Notes under the pieces: generated by a model
Seen by the model: the letters and a program-made list of their open reading frames with translations, nothing else
Databases searched by the model: none
What the model was told of the DNA's origin: nothing
Assembly: GCA_964187785.1 (NCBI GenBank)
Contig: OZ076409.1
Span: forward strand, 62,808,001 to 62,872,000
Length of the DNA: 64,000 nt
From: Amphiscolops sp. MND2022
Taxonomy: Eukaryota
Direction of reading: 5' to 3'
Translations under genes and position numbers: made by a program
Shown: one piece after another, positions 51,567-64,000 of the stretch
Layout of the letters: each line of letters opens with the position of its first letter
How positions within the stretch are numbered: the first letter of the stretch is position 1

Positions 51567-54500
51567 ATGGCTGCTCTGAAGATCATCGTCACCTTCTTAT
51601 ATGCCGGACAAGTATTGGTTAGATTTTTGGACATTAATTCAATATATTCCTTATATATGCACCTTATATATGATCCTTGTGAATTATCTTTTGTACATTA
51701 CAGTGCATCTATAAGCTATTTCTGATCGTGTTGCAGAAATCAGGTCTTAATATTTTCTTGAGGTGAGATTTCCTAAAGGAATCTTTGCTTTCCGAAGAGT
51801 AGGCCAGAATTGTTGTCTTCAGAACAGTTGTCTCGCATTGCTAACGTAGGAGACCATAGGTCTCTATGATATTCTTTCTCCTATCTTTTTGACAAAACTA
51901 AAGTTTTCATGTTTTGGCTGAACGGTATTTGGTTGACACTTAGAGCAAATGTTTCTTCAAGCCGGAAACGGCTTCAAACAATATCGAAGGGAGGACCTTT
52001 GTGACTGGAACGCTTTTTTGAAAAAAATCGAAACCGAGAAAATCAATATTGTGATTTTTTTCGAAATGTCGCACAGTACCGAAAAACGATCAGGAAATCT
52101 AAGTTCATTAGACCAAGCCAGAAAGTTCTCAGTTTTCCAGAAAATTTGGTGATCTCTCATCATGCCCCTTGAACTAACGGTTCAAAAATTTGGACTTGGA
52201 TTTGAATTGAAACAAATAGTTAGGTTCTCATAACGTTGAGTCGCAAAACTGAATAAACAGTGTGCGGTATTATTTTTCCAAGTTGGGCTGCATATCGTAT
52301 TTAATGGCACTTAGCAAGATTGTCTAACATTATATTGGTGGAAAATGGTTCGTTCATCAGCAATAATAATACTATGGGCCCGCACCTAAATGTTTATACA
52401 ATGATTGATTTGTGATTGGCTACTTTTTTCTACGCTTGCTTTCAAGAGAACACAGTGCAAAAAGATCTCTTGAAGGAAGCGAGATAATGTTCGCTAGAAA
52501 GCTTGTAGGAAATTGAGTTTTGAAACCAAGAATCAAACCACTGTGAATGATTTCTGAGTGAATCTCGATCTGAGCATGTTTTATTAAGGATTTGTTTGAT
52601 GTCATAATGAATAGTTGAACATTTGCGGACCTAACAAAAAGCAATAAAAAAGCGATTTCGATTTGAAACTTAAGTTTGGTCTGTTTAGCTATTGGTTTGA
52701 ATACTCAATAAAAAGTACGCTCATGTTTTTAATTGACCAGTTCTGTGTCACCGTCTGAAACTTTTATAGTTGAAGTATGATGGCAAACTATTAAAAGCAT
52801 GCTTTGGATGGAAATGATGATAAATATGTCCTTTTCTTTGTTTCAGGCTACACTTTACACACCTAGCCATGAATCCAATTTATGTGCTACTAAGAGCAGT
52901 TGCAATAAGGGAGGAAATCTGGGCTTCCTTCAGAGCTGCGTGGCCAATTCTGAGCCAGAGGCAATTCCCGACAAGGACCCCATGGACTCGGAGGCCTTCT
53001 ACTTTTTCAATTACATGTGCCCACATCTAGCCAAGTCACGCAACTCACAAGTGTGCTGTGATACGCCACAACTTCTGCAATTAAAGGTTCATTGTCTCCT
53101 AGATCTCTTGTTCATCCATTATTTCCCCCCAAAGAAAACTCCCTTTGATCATATTTTTGTAAACTATGCTTTTGGGTTATTGAAGTTTTAATGCTTGAAG
53201 CAATAGAGTTTGTTGTACAAAATATACATGTACAAACGTTTTTTGAGAAAGCGTTTTTGCATATTACAGTAGAATCCGCCTAATTCGTATCACTGGGGAC
53301 CGAATAAAATAGTACGAATAGTGAGAAATACGATTTAACCGGATGATATTACTTTGGTCCCTGCGAAATGGGGGTCTCAGATACATACGAATTAAACGAA
53401 GATCCGAATTATCCGGATACGAATTAACCGGAGTTGACTGTAACATGTTTTTCCTTATGAAGATTTTTTCTCATCAGTTTCTGTAAATTTTCAGCTGACA
53501 TATCGTATGTTGAGCTTCAAATGCTCCTGGATTTGGTGAAAATGTTGTATACGAAGAACACTCGTGTGTGTATTTCGTGTTGCTGTGTTTTAGAACCAGA
53601 TAGGGGTGATGGAGAGTCTATTAGGACGGTGTCCCTCCTGTCTGCAGAACTTCTACACCCTTTGGTGCAATATCATGTGCCACCCAGATCAGGCCACCTT
53701 CACCAACGTCACCCAAGCACGCCCATTCAGTTAGTAAATAAATAAGCCCCGCCAACATACCTTTCCAAACTGCCATTATTCATCATCAGCCTCATGAATT
53801 GAACAAGCCTAACCGTCATTCGTTGGAATAATTTCCTAAAATTATTTTCCGTCTTTTGACTCTGTCTAGATGTACCTTAAACTTCTCTTTTCTCAACCTT
53901 TATTTTAGGATAAATGATTCCGGTATAAACTCGGTTTTTTGTTGCTGATTAAGAAGATGAATTGCACTAAGAGTAATTTTTGATCAAACGGTTCTTCAAA
54001 CTGATGTCACTTTCGTTTCGAGATGTAATTTGTTTGACTTTTAAGGCAGCCAATCACAAAGCGAAAGCCAGTGGGCTCATCTGGGTGAGTTTTCTGTGTG
54101 CTGAGTTTGCTGCAATCCAATGTATTATCATTAGGGCAAATCAATAGTAGTTTGTAATTCTAACTTCCACGCTTTGAATTGAAACTCGGATTTGATTTAA
54201 GTCACTCCTTGTAATAATAGTTTTGCCCTAGTGGTCATATTTGTATCTGTGTGTCTCCTTTGCATTTGCTCGGGTTATCAATCACTCTCATCTTCATCAA
54301 CGTCCTTGAAAACATCCTGAATCTTTTAAAATCTAAATTGAACTGAAGCTCCCAATAAAATCCTCGCACGCTTTTTAGTCGGCGCCTTTTCCCTTGAGGA
54401 AAAAAGCCCGACTATTACAGTGGGTAGTTTTTTTTCACCTGACAATCTCACTCTGAATGGTCCACTTTTTTAACAATCTTTTGATCATTTGTTCAACTAA

Positions 54501-57500
54501 TTTTCTGAGAAGCAGGAGATCATGGGTTCGATTCTCGCACTAAACCACAAATTTTTTATGCCTCCAAAAGTAGAGGCGAGACCAAAGGGTCCCCCTTTGG
54601 GTTTTTTCGGCACTGCGACTTTTTTTTCGAAAATTTTCGAATTCTATCAAAGGGTACCCCCTTGCATTTTTTTGAAGTTTTCGGTGTGTAAAAACGTTTA
54701 ATGAACCTAAATGGCCTCTTTTTGAGTTTTTCGGCATTGTGCAATTTTTTTACCAAATACATTTTTTTGAAAAAAAATTTTCCAAATGTTGTTCCTTGAA
54801 TATTTTTGAGCTTTAGATTTGGCGCCGACTTTTGACGGTCCGGTGTTGTTAGTAGTAGATGAAGTTTTAGATGCAAGTAACTGCAAAAAAAGTCTTTCGA
54901 AATAATGCATGATTTGTGCAATCAATCAACTCAACTCTCATTTCTGCTGCGCTCGCCGGTGGTATTTGTTAAATTCCTTGTATCGTAGTTATTTAGAGGT
55001 ATGAGTGAAGTATAAGATTTTCCCATGAACTTTTTCATGAATTTGGAAGAATCGCGCGATCAAGTTTCTATCAAAATTCTGTTTTTATTCGACAATCGGT
55101 TTTATTCTAGTAACTAGCCGTGAAACTTTCCATCATTGTTCAGCCTTGTTAGGTCTTTTAACACAGTAGCATCGTAATGACAAAAATACTCATTTAGTGG
55201 AGAAGAACACGAGGGACGGTATTGAGTCTTCAGACCTTTGATATTTTGACCAAGTCACTGTGAGGCAAGAGCTTTAAGCTGCAAAATGCCAATTGACTCG
55301 TGCTTTTTGGGCATCAATCTCGCTGCATCTCAGATATTAAACCTTCTCTTCAGAAGAGTTCAGTTTGCTCCTGTAGTTCCTTCGAGCTTGTTTTCCTTTG
55401 GGTATGCGAGAGTACATTTTACGGAAATGAAAAGAACACGCTAGTTTATGATTGTATATGTGGTTATTCGTTGTTTTAGCAGCCAACAGAGATAAGGACA
55501 CTGTGTACGAGTACTCTACGGACACAGTGACGGTATGGCTGGAAGACAGCTTTGCCACCAAGTTGTATGAGTCATGCAACAAAGTCAGTGTGCCTTCGAC
55601 AAGCCAACCTGTGATGTCGACTCTTTGTGGCACCGGTTCCATAGACCAGTGCTCGCCTCAGGGGTTCCTAGATTACATCGGAAGCAGGAGCAATGGACGC
55701 TCGCCGAGTGATATCAATTTTGTGCTCGTCAACTCAAAAACAGCCTCCAAGTTGCCAAAAGGTTACCTTACAAGGCTTACAATATCTTAGTGATCAGTTA
55801 CATTCTAAAAGTACTCAGAGTTTTTTCCAATTTCGAACAGCTGTGTTGTACTTTTTTGCAACAGGATACTATCGATCTTGTGCAATTTTCTTGAATGAAA
55901 AGCTTTAGCGGTGGTTGCCTTGGATTTCTTATTTCCGGAGACATATTCATCTAAATTTTACTGCGATGACAAAAGCTACTTATGGGCTGTTAGAAACTCG
56001 GAGTGTCTACTCGTAATGTTACATCCTTGTCAAACAAAATGAACAACTTCAAGCTTAAAAAGGATGATGTTTCCAGGAATCCGGCCGATGGACACTCCTC
56101 TGTACTTCTGCAACGAGACTGGCCACAACAACACAGATGCGTGCACTTGTGTCGACTGTGCTAACTCTTGTTCAGCCCTAGAGGCCCCCTCTTACGAGGA
56201 ATGGGGACGCCCGGGCGAGAACCTTTGGCTAATATTCGGGGTGCCAGGATACGTGATTGTGGTCGTGGCGATTTACATAGCCGTCGCTTGTATATATGTA
56301 GTCGTGTCCTACATGCACTGCTTGTATTATAAGAAGTCAAATGCAGAGGATCTTAGCTACACTTTGACAGTGAGGAGAACTTTTAGTATTTTCATTCATA
56401 ACGTCAAAAGTTTCTACTTTCGGTGACGTGAATCAAAAATAAGTAACATTGAAATACACGAGAGAGACAACGTGCCTCGTTGCTTCTGTATGGTTTTATG
56501 AAAAGGTTCGTGGCCAAAATCAGGTGTGAAAACCAGGCGCTAATCAATTTGCTAATTTTTTGCAGTATGTAATTCATTTTCCCCAAGATCTAGCAATACA
56601 CATTTCCAGTTTTCATCAAAAGTTTTCAATAGCGATTGAATGTCACCAAACTATAATGTATGCTCAACTATAATACTCGCTTTAAAAACATGTATCACCT
56701 TATCGGTTTCCAGATCTCACAAACTGTAGTACGTCTACTGTAGTAATTTGTTTTGCTTACTGCGAAATTGCTAAGCCTTAGATAGGTTGTTGCTTGATTC
56801 AGGATGACAGAAGCATCAAAGGCATGTACCCTGGCAATGGCAGCGGGGCAGCCCCGCCAGAATACAGAGAGACCTCCTCTGCTAAGAAGGGGCCCTCAGA
56901 TGACAGCTCGAACGGCGGCGGGGTCATCGTAGTGGAGATAGGGGTGTTTGAACAGATGGGACGCAGATTCCAGCAGAGTCTCAGGGCTTTCTTCTTCAGA
57001 TGGGGTCTAGCCATGTCTTATCAACCAGTAGCTGCTTTGCTCTTTGGTGGAATGGTTGTTGCCATCTGCAGCAATGGGTAATTACTTTCATGCTTTGTTT
57101 GGTTTTGGTCATGAGGACAAGTGTACGTGCGTGTTGAAATGAGCGGGAATTGCTTGCCTCTTTCTTTAGGAGCATTGTATTTTATTACAAATTATTATTA
57201 TCTGTCATTTTCAGGGGATTATTTTCCTTTAAGGTTTCGTTTTAACAAATCTCTTGTAGTTTTGATGGTGGGGACTAGTCTCCAAATTTTTTGTCATTTA
57301 TACTGAGATGAACGATACTTTCAATGTTGAATTCTGTCTTGTGACGTTGAATTGATGTCTGATTTCGTTGTGACGTAGCACCATTTTATTCTCTTCTGAG
57401 TTCAACCAAGTTGAGTGCCTCTATACCACTGCTGAATACCTTTCTAAGGGTACATAATGTTATTGCATCAAAAAATCTTTTTTTTCTGAGTAGTTGTCTG

Positions 57501-60500
57501 CAGACCGGACGTAATTATACAAACAGTTGCGTCAATCTGGCAAAACGTTTCGTCTTTTCTGTTTTAATGAAGTTGTCACCTCTGATTACCTTTTTCGTAT
57601 CCTTCTGAGCAGTCATTACGAAACGACGCCGTATTTATTTCACATTGGCCCCAATTTTGTCCCTGAGGCGAAAGGTTTAGTCGAGTTTGCACCGAAAAAA
57701 ATACATGTTGTAACTTGAAGTGGTAGCATGTAGAGTTGTTAAGGTTTGACTTAAGTCTGGAACAATCAAAAGTTGTTCGATGACTAGAATCAAACAAATT
57801 CTTAAGCGTCGCCATAGACCAAGTTTTGAATTGCTTCAGTTGTCTCTAATAGCTTTTTGCTACGTTGGTGCTCTTGGTCAATTCAAATTCTGTGAATATT
57901 CAATCATTGTACCAAAATTGTGTAAAACTTCTCACGTTTTCGTTGACCCAAGAAAGGCCCAAAATTAGTAAAAACTACAAATTTTTTCCCGATTTTAACG
58001 CTTTAGGCACAATTTTTGATAGATTTCGCGGCCTAGAATCTTGAAAACGTTCAAAAGGGAAATTTCGCTATCCGAGACACTTTTTCGAAAAAATAAATTC
58101 AATTTTTCAATGAAAAAATGCCTCAAATTTAGATCGAAATTGAAAAAAATCCAAAACATTCAGATTTTTAAAGTTTTCATGCAGTTTTTGCCTTTTTTTC
58201 GAAAGACTTGGTCGCTTAGAATTTTGAAGACGTTCAACAAGGAAAGACTTCGTTGTCCGGAAGGCTTTTGTTGATAAATAGAGGCGGTTTTCTAATGAAA
58301 AAGGCTCAAATTGCGACCAAAAATGACAAAAACTTCAAAATATACCGATTTTTCACATTTTTATGCTCATTTTGTCAAATTTTGAAGAGATTTAATGAAT
58401 GAATGCGTTGTCCAATGGGGTTGTCCGGGAAAATAGATGCAGTTTTGTAAGAAAAAATTGCCACAATGACCCCAAAATAGTCCAAACTTCTCATTTCTTC
58501 TTTCACAGTTTTTGATTCTCCAACGTAATTTTTATGAAAATTTATATGTTTTCTTGGATTAAAACTCTAAAACGTTTCAACAACAACTGAATGCGTTGTC
58601 CAGTAGTTTTTTTGAATTGATAAATTCCGGTTCCTGAAAAAATAAATGTGCTTTAGTTTGACAGAAATTGTCGAAAAGTCCAACATTTCCAGTTTATGTA
58701 GCTTCATCATGTTATTGAGTACAATTTTTGAGAATTTTGTGAGTAAGAAGGTTCAAAGTAATCAAAGATGAACGAATCAGGTACGTAGTGTCCTTTTTTG
58801 ATGGGAACATTACAGTATTTACATCAGAAATACCTCAAAACCAGTTGATATCCAGTTAGCTTTGTGGGAGGCATTTGCTGAGTTATGTTTGGAAAATGTC
58901 TCATTATGAACCCTAAAAGTATCATTATGAACCGAAGAGTTTCAAATGTCGATTTTTTTACAATTTTGGTGATTGTTTGTGAAAGTTTTCGTGAACTAGA
59001 TGGTTCTAAAGCTCCAGACGATTTATCAAGCTATGCAGTACGGCTTTTGAACGAAACTTTCGTAGTTTTCCTGGTATAACGTTATCTCAGAATGACCCAA
59101 AGGAGCCGAAAATCCAAAACATTTCCGAAAAACGAGTTTTGTTGGAAAATTCGTAATTTTCGTTTACTAGAAGAATGAAAACATTCAACACCAAACAAAG
59201 GCTAACTAGAGTAGACTTGTTGAACATCAATTGTAGTTTCATGTTCGAAAAGAGCCTCAGATTGACCCCAGAATAACTAAAAAGTCAAAAGTTTAATGTT
59301 TTTAACCCATTTCGCAATTTTGAACGTTTTTGTGCCTAAGAAAGCTCAAAACACTCAAAAACGAACAAACTAGCTATGCAGTTTGCTATTCTGAAGAGAG
59401 AGAGAGAGAGAGAGAGAGAGTTCAAAGCACTTCAAAAGTGATCCTACTGATTCGGAAATGAAAAAAATCTAAATTCAACGCTTCTCTTACAAATTTGAAT
59501 TTTTTGAGAAGTTTCCATCTTTGGAAGATTGAAAACGTTCAACAGCACGCAAATGCGTTGCCCAGTAGGCTTTTTGAAGGCCAATTGCAGTTTCACTTTT
59601 GAAAAGAGCCTCAAATTGACCCCCAAATAGTCCAAGAAAACAAGTTTTGGCAGTTGTTTGACAAATCAGTGAATTTTCAATAAAAGGTACCAAAATTTCG
59701 TAATATTCGAAAACTCGTGTCAAAACTTTTTTCATCAAACTTTTTTGCGTTTTTATAGTGCAACGCCTACTCTTGAGCCTCAAAATTATGTCATTGCTAG
59801 AACAGTTTGGACGGAATATATCCTGCTGGTTAGCGGACATCTTGTTTTGATTTTTAGTCGGCGCTTCATGAAGTGAAACGCGACCGTTATAGTGACGTTT
59901 TTTTTCAATCCACACGAACTGACCACAACAGTTGTTTGAAAGTTCTACAAAATTTTATGGTCCCAAATTGAATTATTTGGCCTAGCGAAGTGAACCAAAA
60001 AGGTTTTTCTTCTTTTTCCGCGTAACATACAATACCGGCAGAGACTAAAGGGTTCTACCTTTCAGTTTTTTTCGGCATTGTGAGACTTGGTTTTTCAATT
60101 TTTTTGCCAAAGAGTCCCCCTTCATTTTTTTGATGTTTTGCGACAGCATAGAGGTTGAAAAAAACCCAAAGGGTGCCCCTTTCCGTTTTTTTCGGCATTG
60201 TAAGAATTTTTTTGAAAAATTTTTTTTACCCAAAGGGTCCCCCCTTCAATTTTTGACAGCAATGGATGTTTGGACAATGGATGTTTGACAGCAATGGATG
60301 TTAGTTAATAAATCCGAAAGGGTCCCCCTTTTAGCGCGCCGGGTCCAATTCGGCCCAACTTTCGTATTGGAAAAGAATACTTGACACTTTCAGGTTTCAG
60401 GTACTGCAAAAGAATACTTTACACTTTGACGTCTTTTTGCTATTTTTGAGCCTTAGATATGGCGCCGACTTATGCTGATCCCGGCTTGTTCTTTTAAACA

Positions 60501-63500
60501 TTTGACTTTTCATTTGAAGTAATGCTAAATAGCTCATTGTTTAGTCGTTGAACTCAAGTCGCTGAAGTCATGCTCAGCAATGTGTTGGATATCATCATGA
60601 CATTGATCGAATTTATTGTCGCGAGTATCTCATCAGAATAACACCAATTAGCTTTGAAAATATCATCGATCAGCCAGAAATTGTCTTCAAGTTTTTGCGG
60701 AAAGATATTATTTCTAAATAGTGTCGAATTCTGTAGTTTGGTTCAACTCTGAAAACAATGCGTTACTTATCGCCATCATGCTAATTAAGTTGCACTAATA
60801 AACCTTGCATTTCTATTAGTTTTCCGGATTTTCAGTTCTCAAAACGTTTTGTGTTCTCATTTCATTGTATTAACAGTTATTCGCCAAGAAAATCTTTTGA
60901 TCCGTCGGGAAAACAATCCTTTCTTAATGCATGTCAACTGTCGCCAGCTGAACAATATTCAATTATTTCTGATCCATTTCGGCCCATGAATAGAAAATGA
61001 ACATGTATACGAGGTTTTCCGACGTCCGCTGTGATGATAATGGAATTGAAGTTCATTTCAAAAATTTTTGCTGCCTTTTTCCTGTTATCAGATGCATGTC
61101 TACGCGATTGTGTTGTCCTGTCTTTTGTAAGTTTGCGGCCGTTGCTGAAAATTCAAAGATACTTTGGCTGTGCAATAAAATTTAGATGAGGGATGTTTCC
61201 GCAAAGAACATTTTTAAGCAAAGAAATGTCATACTGCAAGAACATGGAATAGTACATGAAGTTGGAAACTTCTAAAATTTAGTAAACTGAAGCAAGCTTC
61301 ACTGGTTTTATAGAAGTTTTGTTCGTTTATGAAAATATGAAAAATTTTTGGTTTGGTCATATAATGGTGGTTTATAGCGTCTTGAATCAATTGACTTTCA
61401 TTATGGTTTTTCTGCGGTTGAGAAAATGCCATTACATGAATTAATTGTCCAACTAAATTTATATTACCAACCTAGATTTTTGCAAGGTTTGTATTATTTA
61501 TACATGATTGATTAATGTATGCGCCTTCGTTATATATAATGAGATTAATGTCTTCATTATATGTCAGATCTTGCAGCGTGCGCTACGAGGTTTTAGAGTT
61601 TGATTAGAGTGACGTAAAAACTCTTTTGAAGGTTGTACCAAATTGTTAAAAGTGAAAATACTAATTTTTCAGTGATAGGTTACGTTTTCAAGTGTACTCT
61701 TTGCATGTGTGTGGCATTTTAATTGGCGTGAACAGAAACGCTGCTCAAAAGTGCTGCCAAGTTTCATGATATTCTGAAACGAAGTAGATGATTCGAGATT
61801 ATCTAAAAATTAGTAGTGTAGGCGCGTCTCCACAACACGTTTTTCAATGACGTTCATGTGGTCAAAAAGTAGACTTCGTTAGGTCATTCGTTTGCTTTGA
61901 ATGTAATAAAGTCAATTCAATCAAATAGTTGGTGTGGCTTTTGGATTCATCTGGATGAAAAACATGAACAGTGGAGCATGTCCACCAAATTGGTATCTAT
62001 CTGGTTATCGGTTTGAAGCAATTGTTTCATTTAAAATAAGCGAGGACACTAGTATTATTGGGGGAAAAGACACAAACGGAGGGAGAGATTTTTGCTGGTG
62101 GTTTGAATAATGCAGTTAAATTTTTGCTCCGGGCTTCCATGGGGTAATTTTGAGGGAAAATCATTGTGTAAAATCCAAATGCGGTACTCTTTGAGCTCTT
62201 TTTGCTTCCGTATGCATACAAAAGATCAATCTAGTCAAAGGAGTCGATGTTCCGACCAAAGAACCGAAAATGTCAAACATAATTATGCTTTGAATGTTTT
62301 CAGTGAAGCCGATTCTGGCGCCAGCTTTCTAATATTTTGATCGTTTGCGACCATGTCGAAACGAAAAGAACCTAAAAGGTCTCAACTTCTGATTTATTGG
62401 TTGCTGTGAGACAAACACAGTTTGCTGTGAGAATTCAAAGAACTTACTGCTTTTCGACGCTTAATCGAGAGACACTTTAAAAAGCGGCCGTATGCATGTT
62501 TTTTATTCTCATTCTAAAGTAGCACTATGAGCAACATGATTTTCTCTTTTGTTTTCTCTGACGTCATAACCAGTGATGTTTCAGATTGAACTACCTGGAG
62601 TGGACGACTGACCCCGTGGATTTATGGTCTTCCTCCACCAGCCAGGCGTATCAAGAGATGGAGCACTTCAACCACAACTTTGGGCCCTTCTACCGCATAG
62701 AGCAGATCATCATCAAACTCAGCCCAAACCACACTCTGGCGGCGCCCCATATCAAGAAACACAAGAGCTCTACCTTCAGTCCCCTGTTCGCCAAAGAAAT
62801 TCTACATGACGTAAGCCAAACCAATCACTCCATGTTCCAGTAAGCATTTAGGTTTCATCAGTCTTCGTATTTGGCATTCTAATACTAAACATTACAGCTT
62901 GAAATGAAAGGTCTTGTGTATTTTTGAACGTTATACCCTTCAAACGCTTCAAACCTTCTGCCATTTTGCAAATATTGCTGGCTTTATAAATTTTCATAAA
63001 AATTGAAAAGACCTGCTTCTTAAACTCCATTAAGGAGCGGTCCATTATGTGTCTTGCTTATAGGTAGTTGTATTAGTTTTCGGAGTTTTCTCGTATATTT
63101 TTTTGTAGTGAAGCAAAGTAATTGCCAAACCAAATAATGCAAAACAATGAAAAAATGAAAGCGTAACCCATTTTCACGATTCTTGCTGTGATATAAAAAT
63201 GGGCTTCTACGCAATAAAGCTTGTAGGTTATCCTCAACTTTACAATTCGTATAAATTACGTAGATGGGCTGAAATTAAATACGCCAAAATTGGCTGATAC
63301 AATATTTCAGCATAATAATGGATAATGTAATAAATGTTCATCCTCGTTTTTCCATAATTACAGCACTGCGACATCCGTTGCCCTTTATGGTGGAGTGAAA
63401 AAAGTAGTTGCTACCCATCTATCTTTGAAAAAATAAGGCAATATCGCTGCTCAATTTAGGTGCTATATCTGCAAGAGAATATCACCAAGTTGGTTGCGTG

Positions 63501-63704
63501 GTCAGAAAAGCATGAGCGAAATGTGACCTTGTCTGACATATGTTTCAAACCCATGGCACCTGTGAACCCACATTGCGCAATTCTCAGTCCCACCGAGTGG
63601 TTCCAGAACTCACACGAGAACATTGATCACATCATATACGGGACGGGACGAAGACGTAGAATACCCATGGCAACACATTATCAGCATTTGGAAGCTTGCA
63701 TAAA
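51567..63704 (+). CDS. NPC1: NPC1-family intracellular cholesterol transporter, 5' part (continues beyond the window)
   Basis: Exons 51567-51617 (tentative signal peptide MAALKIIVTFLYAGQVL), 52847-53086, 53594-53729, 55480-55761, 56077-56369, 56803-57077, 62585-62810, 63460-63704; phases consistent. NTD motifs VCCD..QL..LK, RCPSC..NF..LWC...C.PDQ..F.NVT, LYESC..V, CTCVDC..SC; TM1 and TM2; luminal domain C motifs TTDPVDLWS, FGPFYRIEQII, VTLSDICFKP. Confidence 0.92.
53267..53440. mobile_element. Tc1/mariner (pogo/Tigger-like) MITE
   Basis: TA-CAGTAGAATCCGCCTAATTCGTAT ... ATACGAATTAACCGGAGTTGACTG-TA. Confidence 0.8.
54372..54850 (+). mobile_element. Helentron/DINE-1-like element (copy 3)
   Basis: TTTTTAGTCGGCGC at the 5' end; GGCGCCGACT at 54821-54830; shared internal subrepeats. 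Confidence 0.6.
57900..59700 (-). repeat. Degenerate satellite-like array related to 11150-13700, inverted (NPC1 intron)
   Basis: Recurring CTCAAATTGACCCC, GTTGTCCAGTAG and TGAAAACGTTCAAC motifs, reverse complements of those in the first array. Confidence 0.6.
59395..59420. repeat. (GA)n microsatellite
   Basis: About 13 AG units. Confidence 0.95.
59851..60490 (+). mobile_element. Helentron/DINE-1-like element (copy 4)
   Basis: TTTTTAGTCGGCGCTTCATGAA at the 5' end, as in copy 1; 3' GAGCCTTAGATATGGCGCCGACT...CCGGCTTGTT. Confidence 0.6.
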
Positions 63705-64000
63705 GTAATTAGTTATGATTAACAGTCCCGAAGGTACAACGAGTACCAGTTAGTTACGCAAAAATGTCCAATTCTTTTCCTTGTACTACTCTGCCGTTCC
63801 TATTAGAAGTCGCCCGCCCCTCTTACTGTCTGAGCCCTGATATTATTGACGCCCCCTCTCTAATTAAGACCCCTTCTATTGTTTTTCTAGGATATAAAAG
63901 AAATGATTCCTGAGCAAATCGGATTTAGAGTTTTCGACAGACCTAAGAGTTTTCATGGAAAATTTGAGGATTTCATGAGCAATAGCCCCACACTGCCCTA

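Overview
Eukaryotic (invertebrate metazoan-like), AT-rich, intron- and transposon-rich DNA; most short ORFs in the track are spurious or are single exons. From left to right the window holds four things. (1) The 3' end of a putative env-bearing LTR retroelement: an intact 784-aa class I fusion glycoprotein resembling baculovirus F / errantivirus Env, a small antisense type I membrane-protein ORF, a polypurine tract and a TG-starting LTR, followed by a decayed Gypsy pol. (2) A divergent vinculin gene on + (22 exons traced by hand, 7914-33810; the first exon was not found and probably lies left of the window). It has an extra cassette exon and a 9-nt microexon in the tail domain, and its introns hold a deleted BEL/Pao element, a solo LTR and several MITEs. 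(3) An intergenic graveyard of CRE-like and other LINE relics, a hAT element with TIRs and 8-bp TSD, and a cluster of a structured ~175-bp GC-rich repeat. (4) The 5' part of an NPC1-family gene on + (51567 to beyond 63704). A Helentron/DINE-1-like non-autonomous family and a ~180-bp degenerate satellite recur across the window. All family assignments come from motif recognition by eye; no searches were run.
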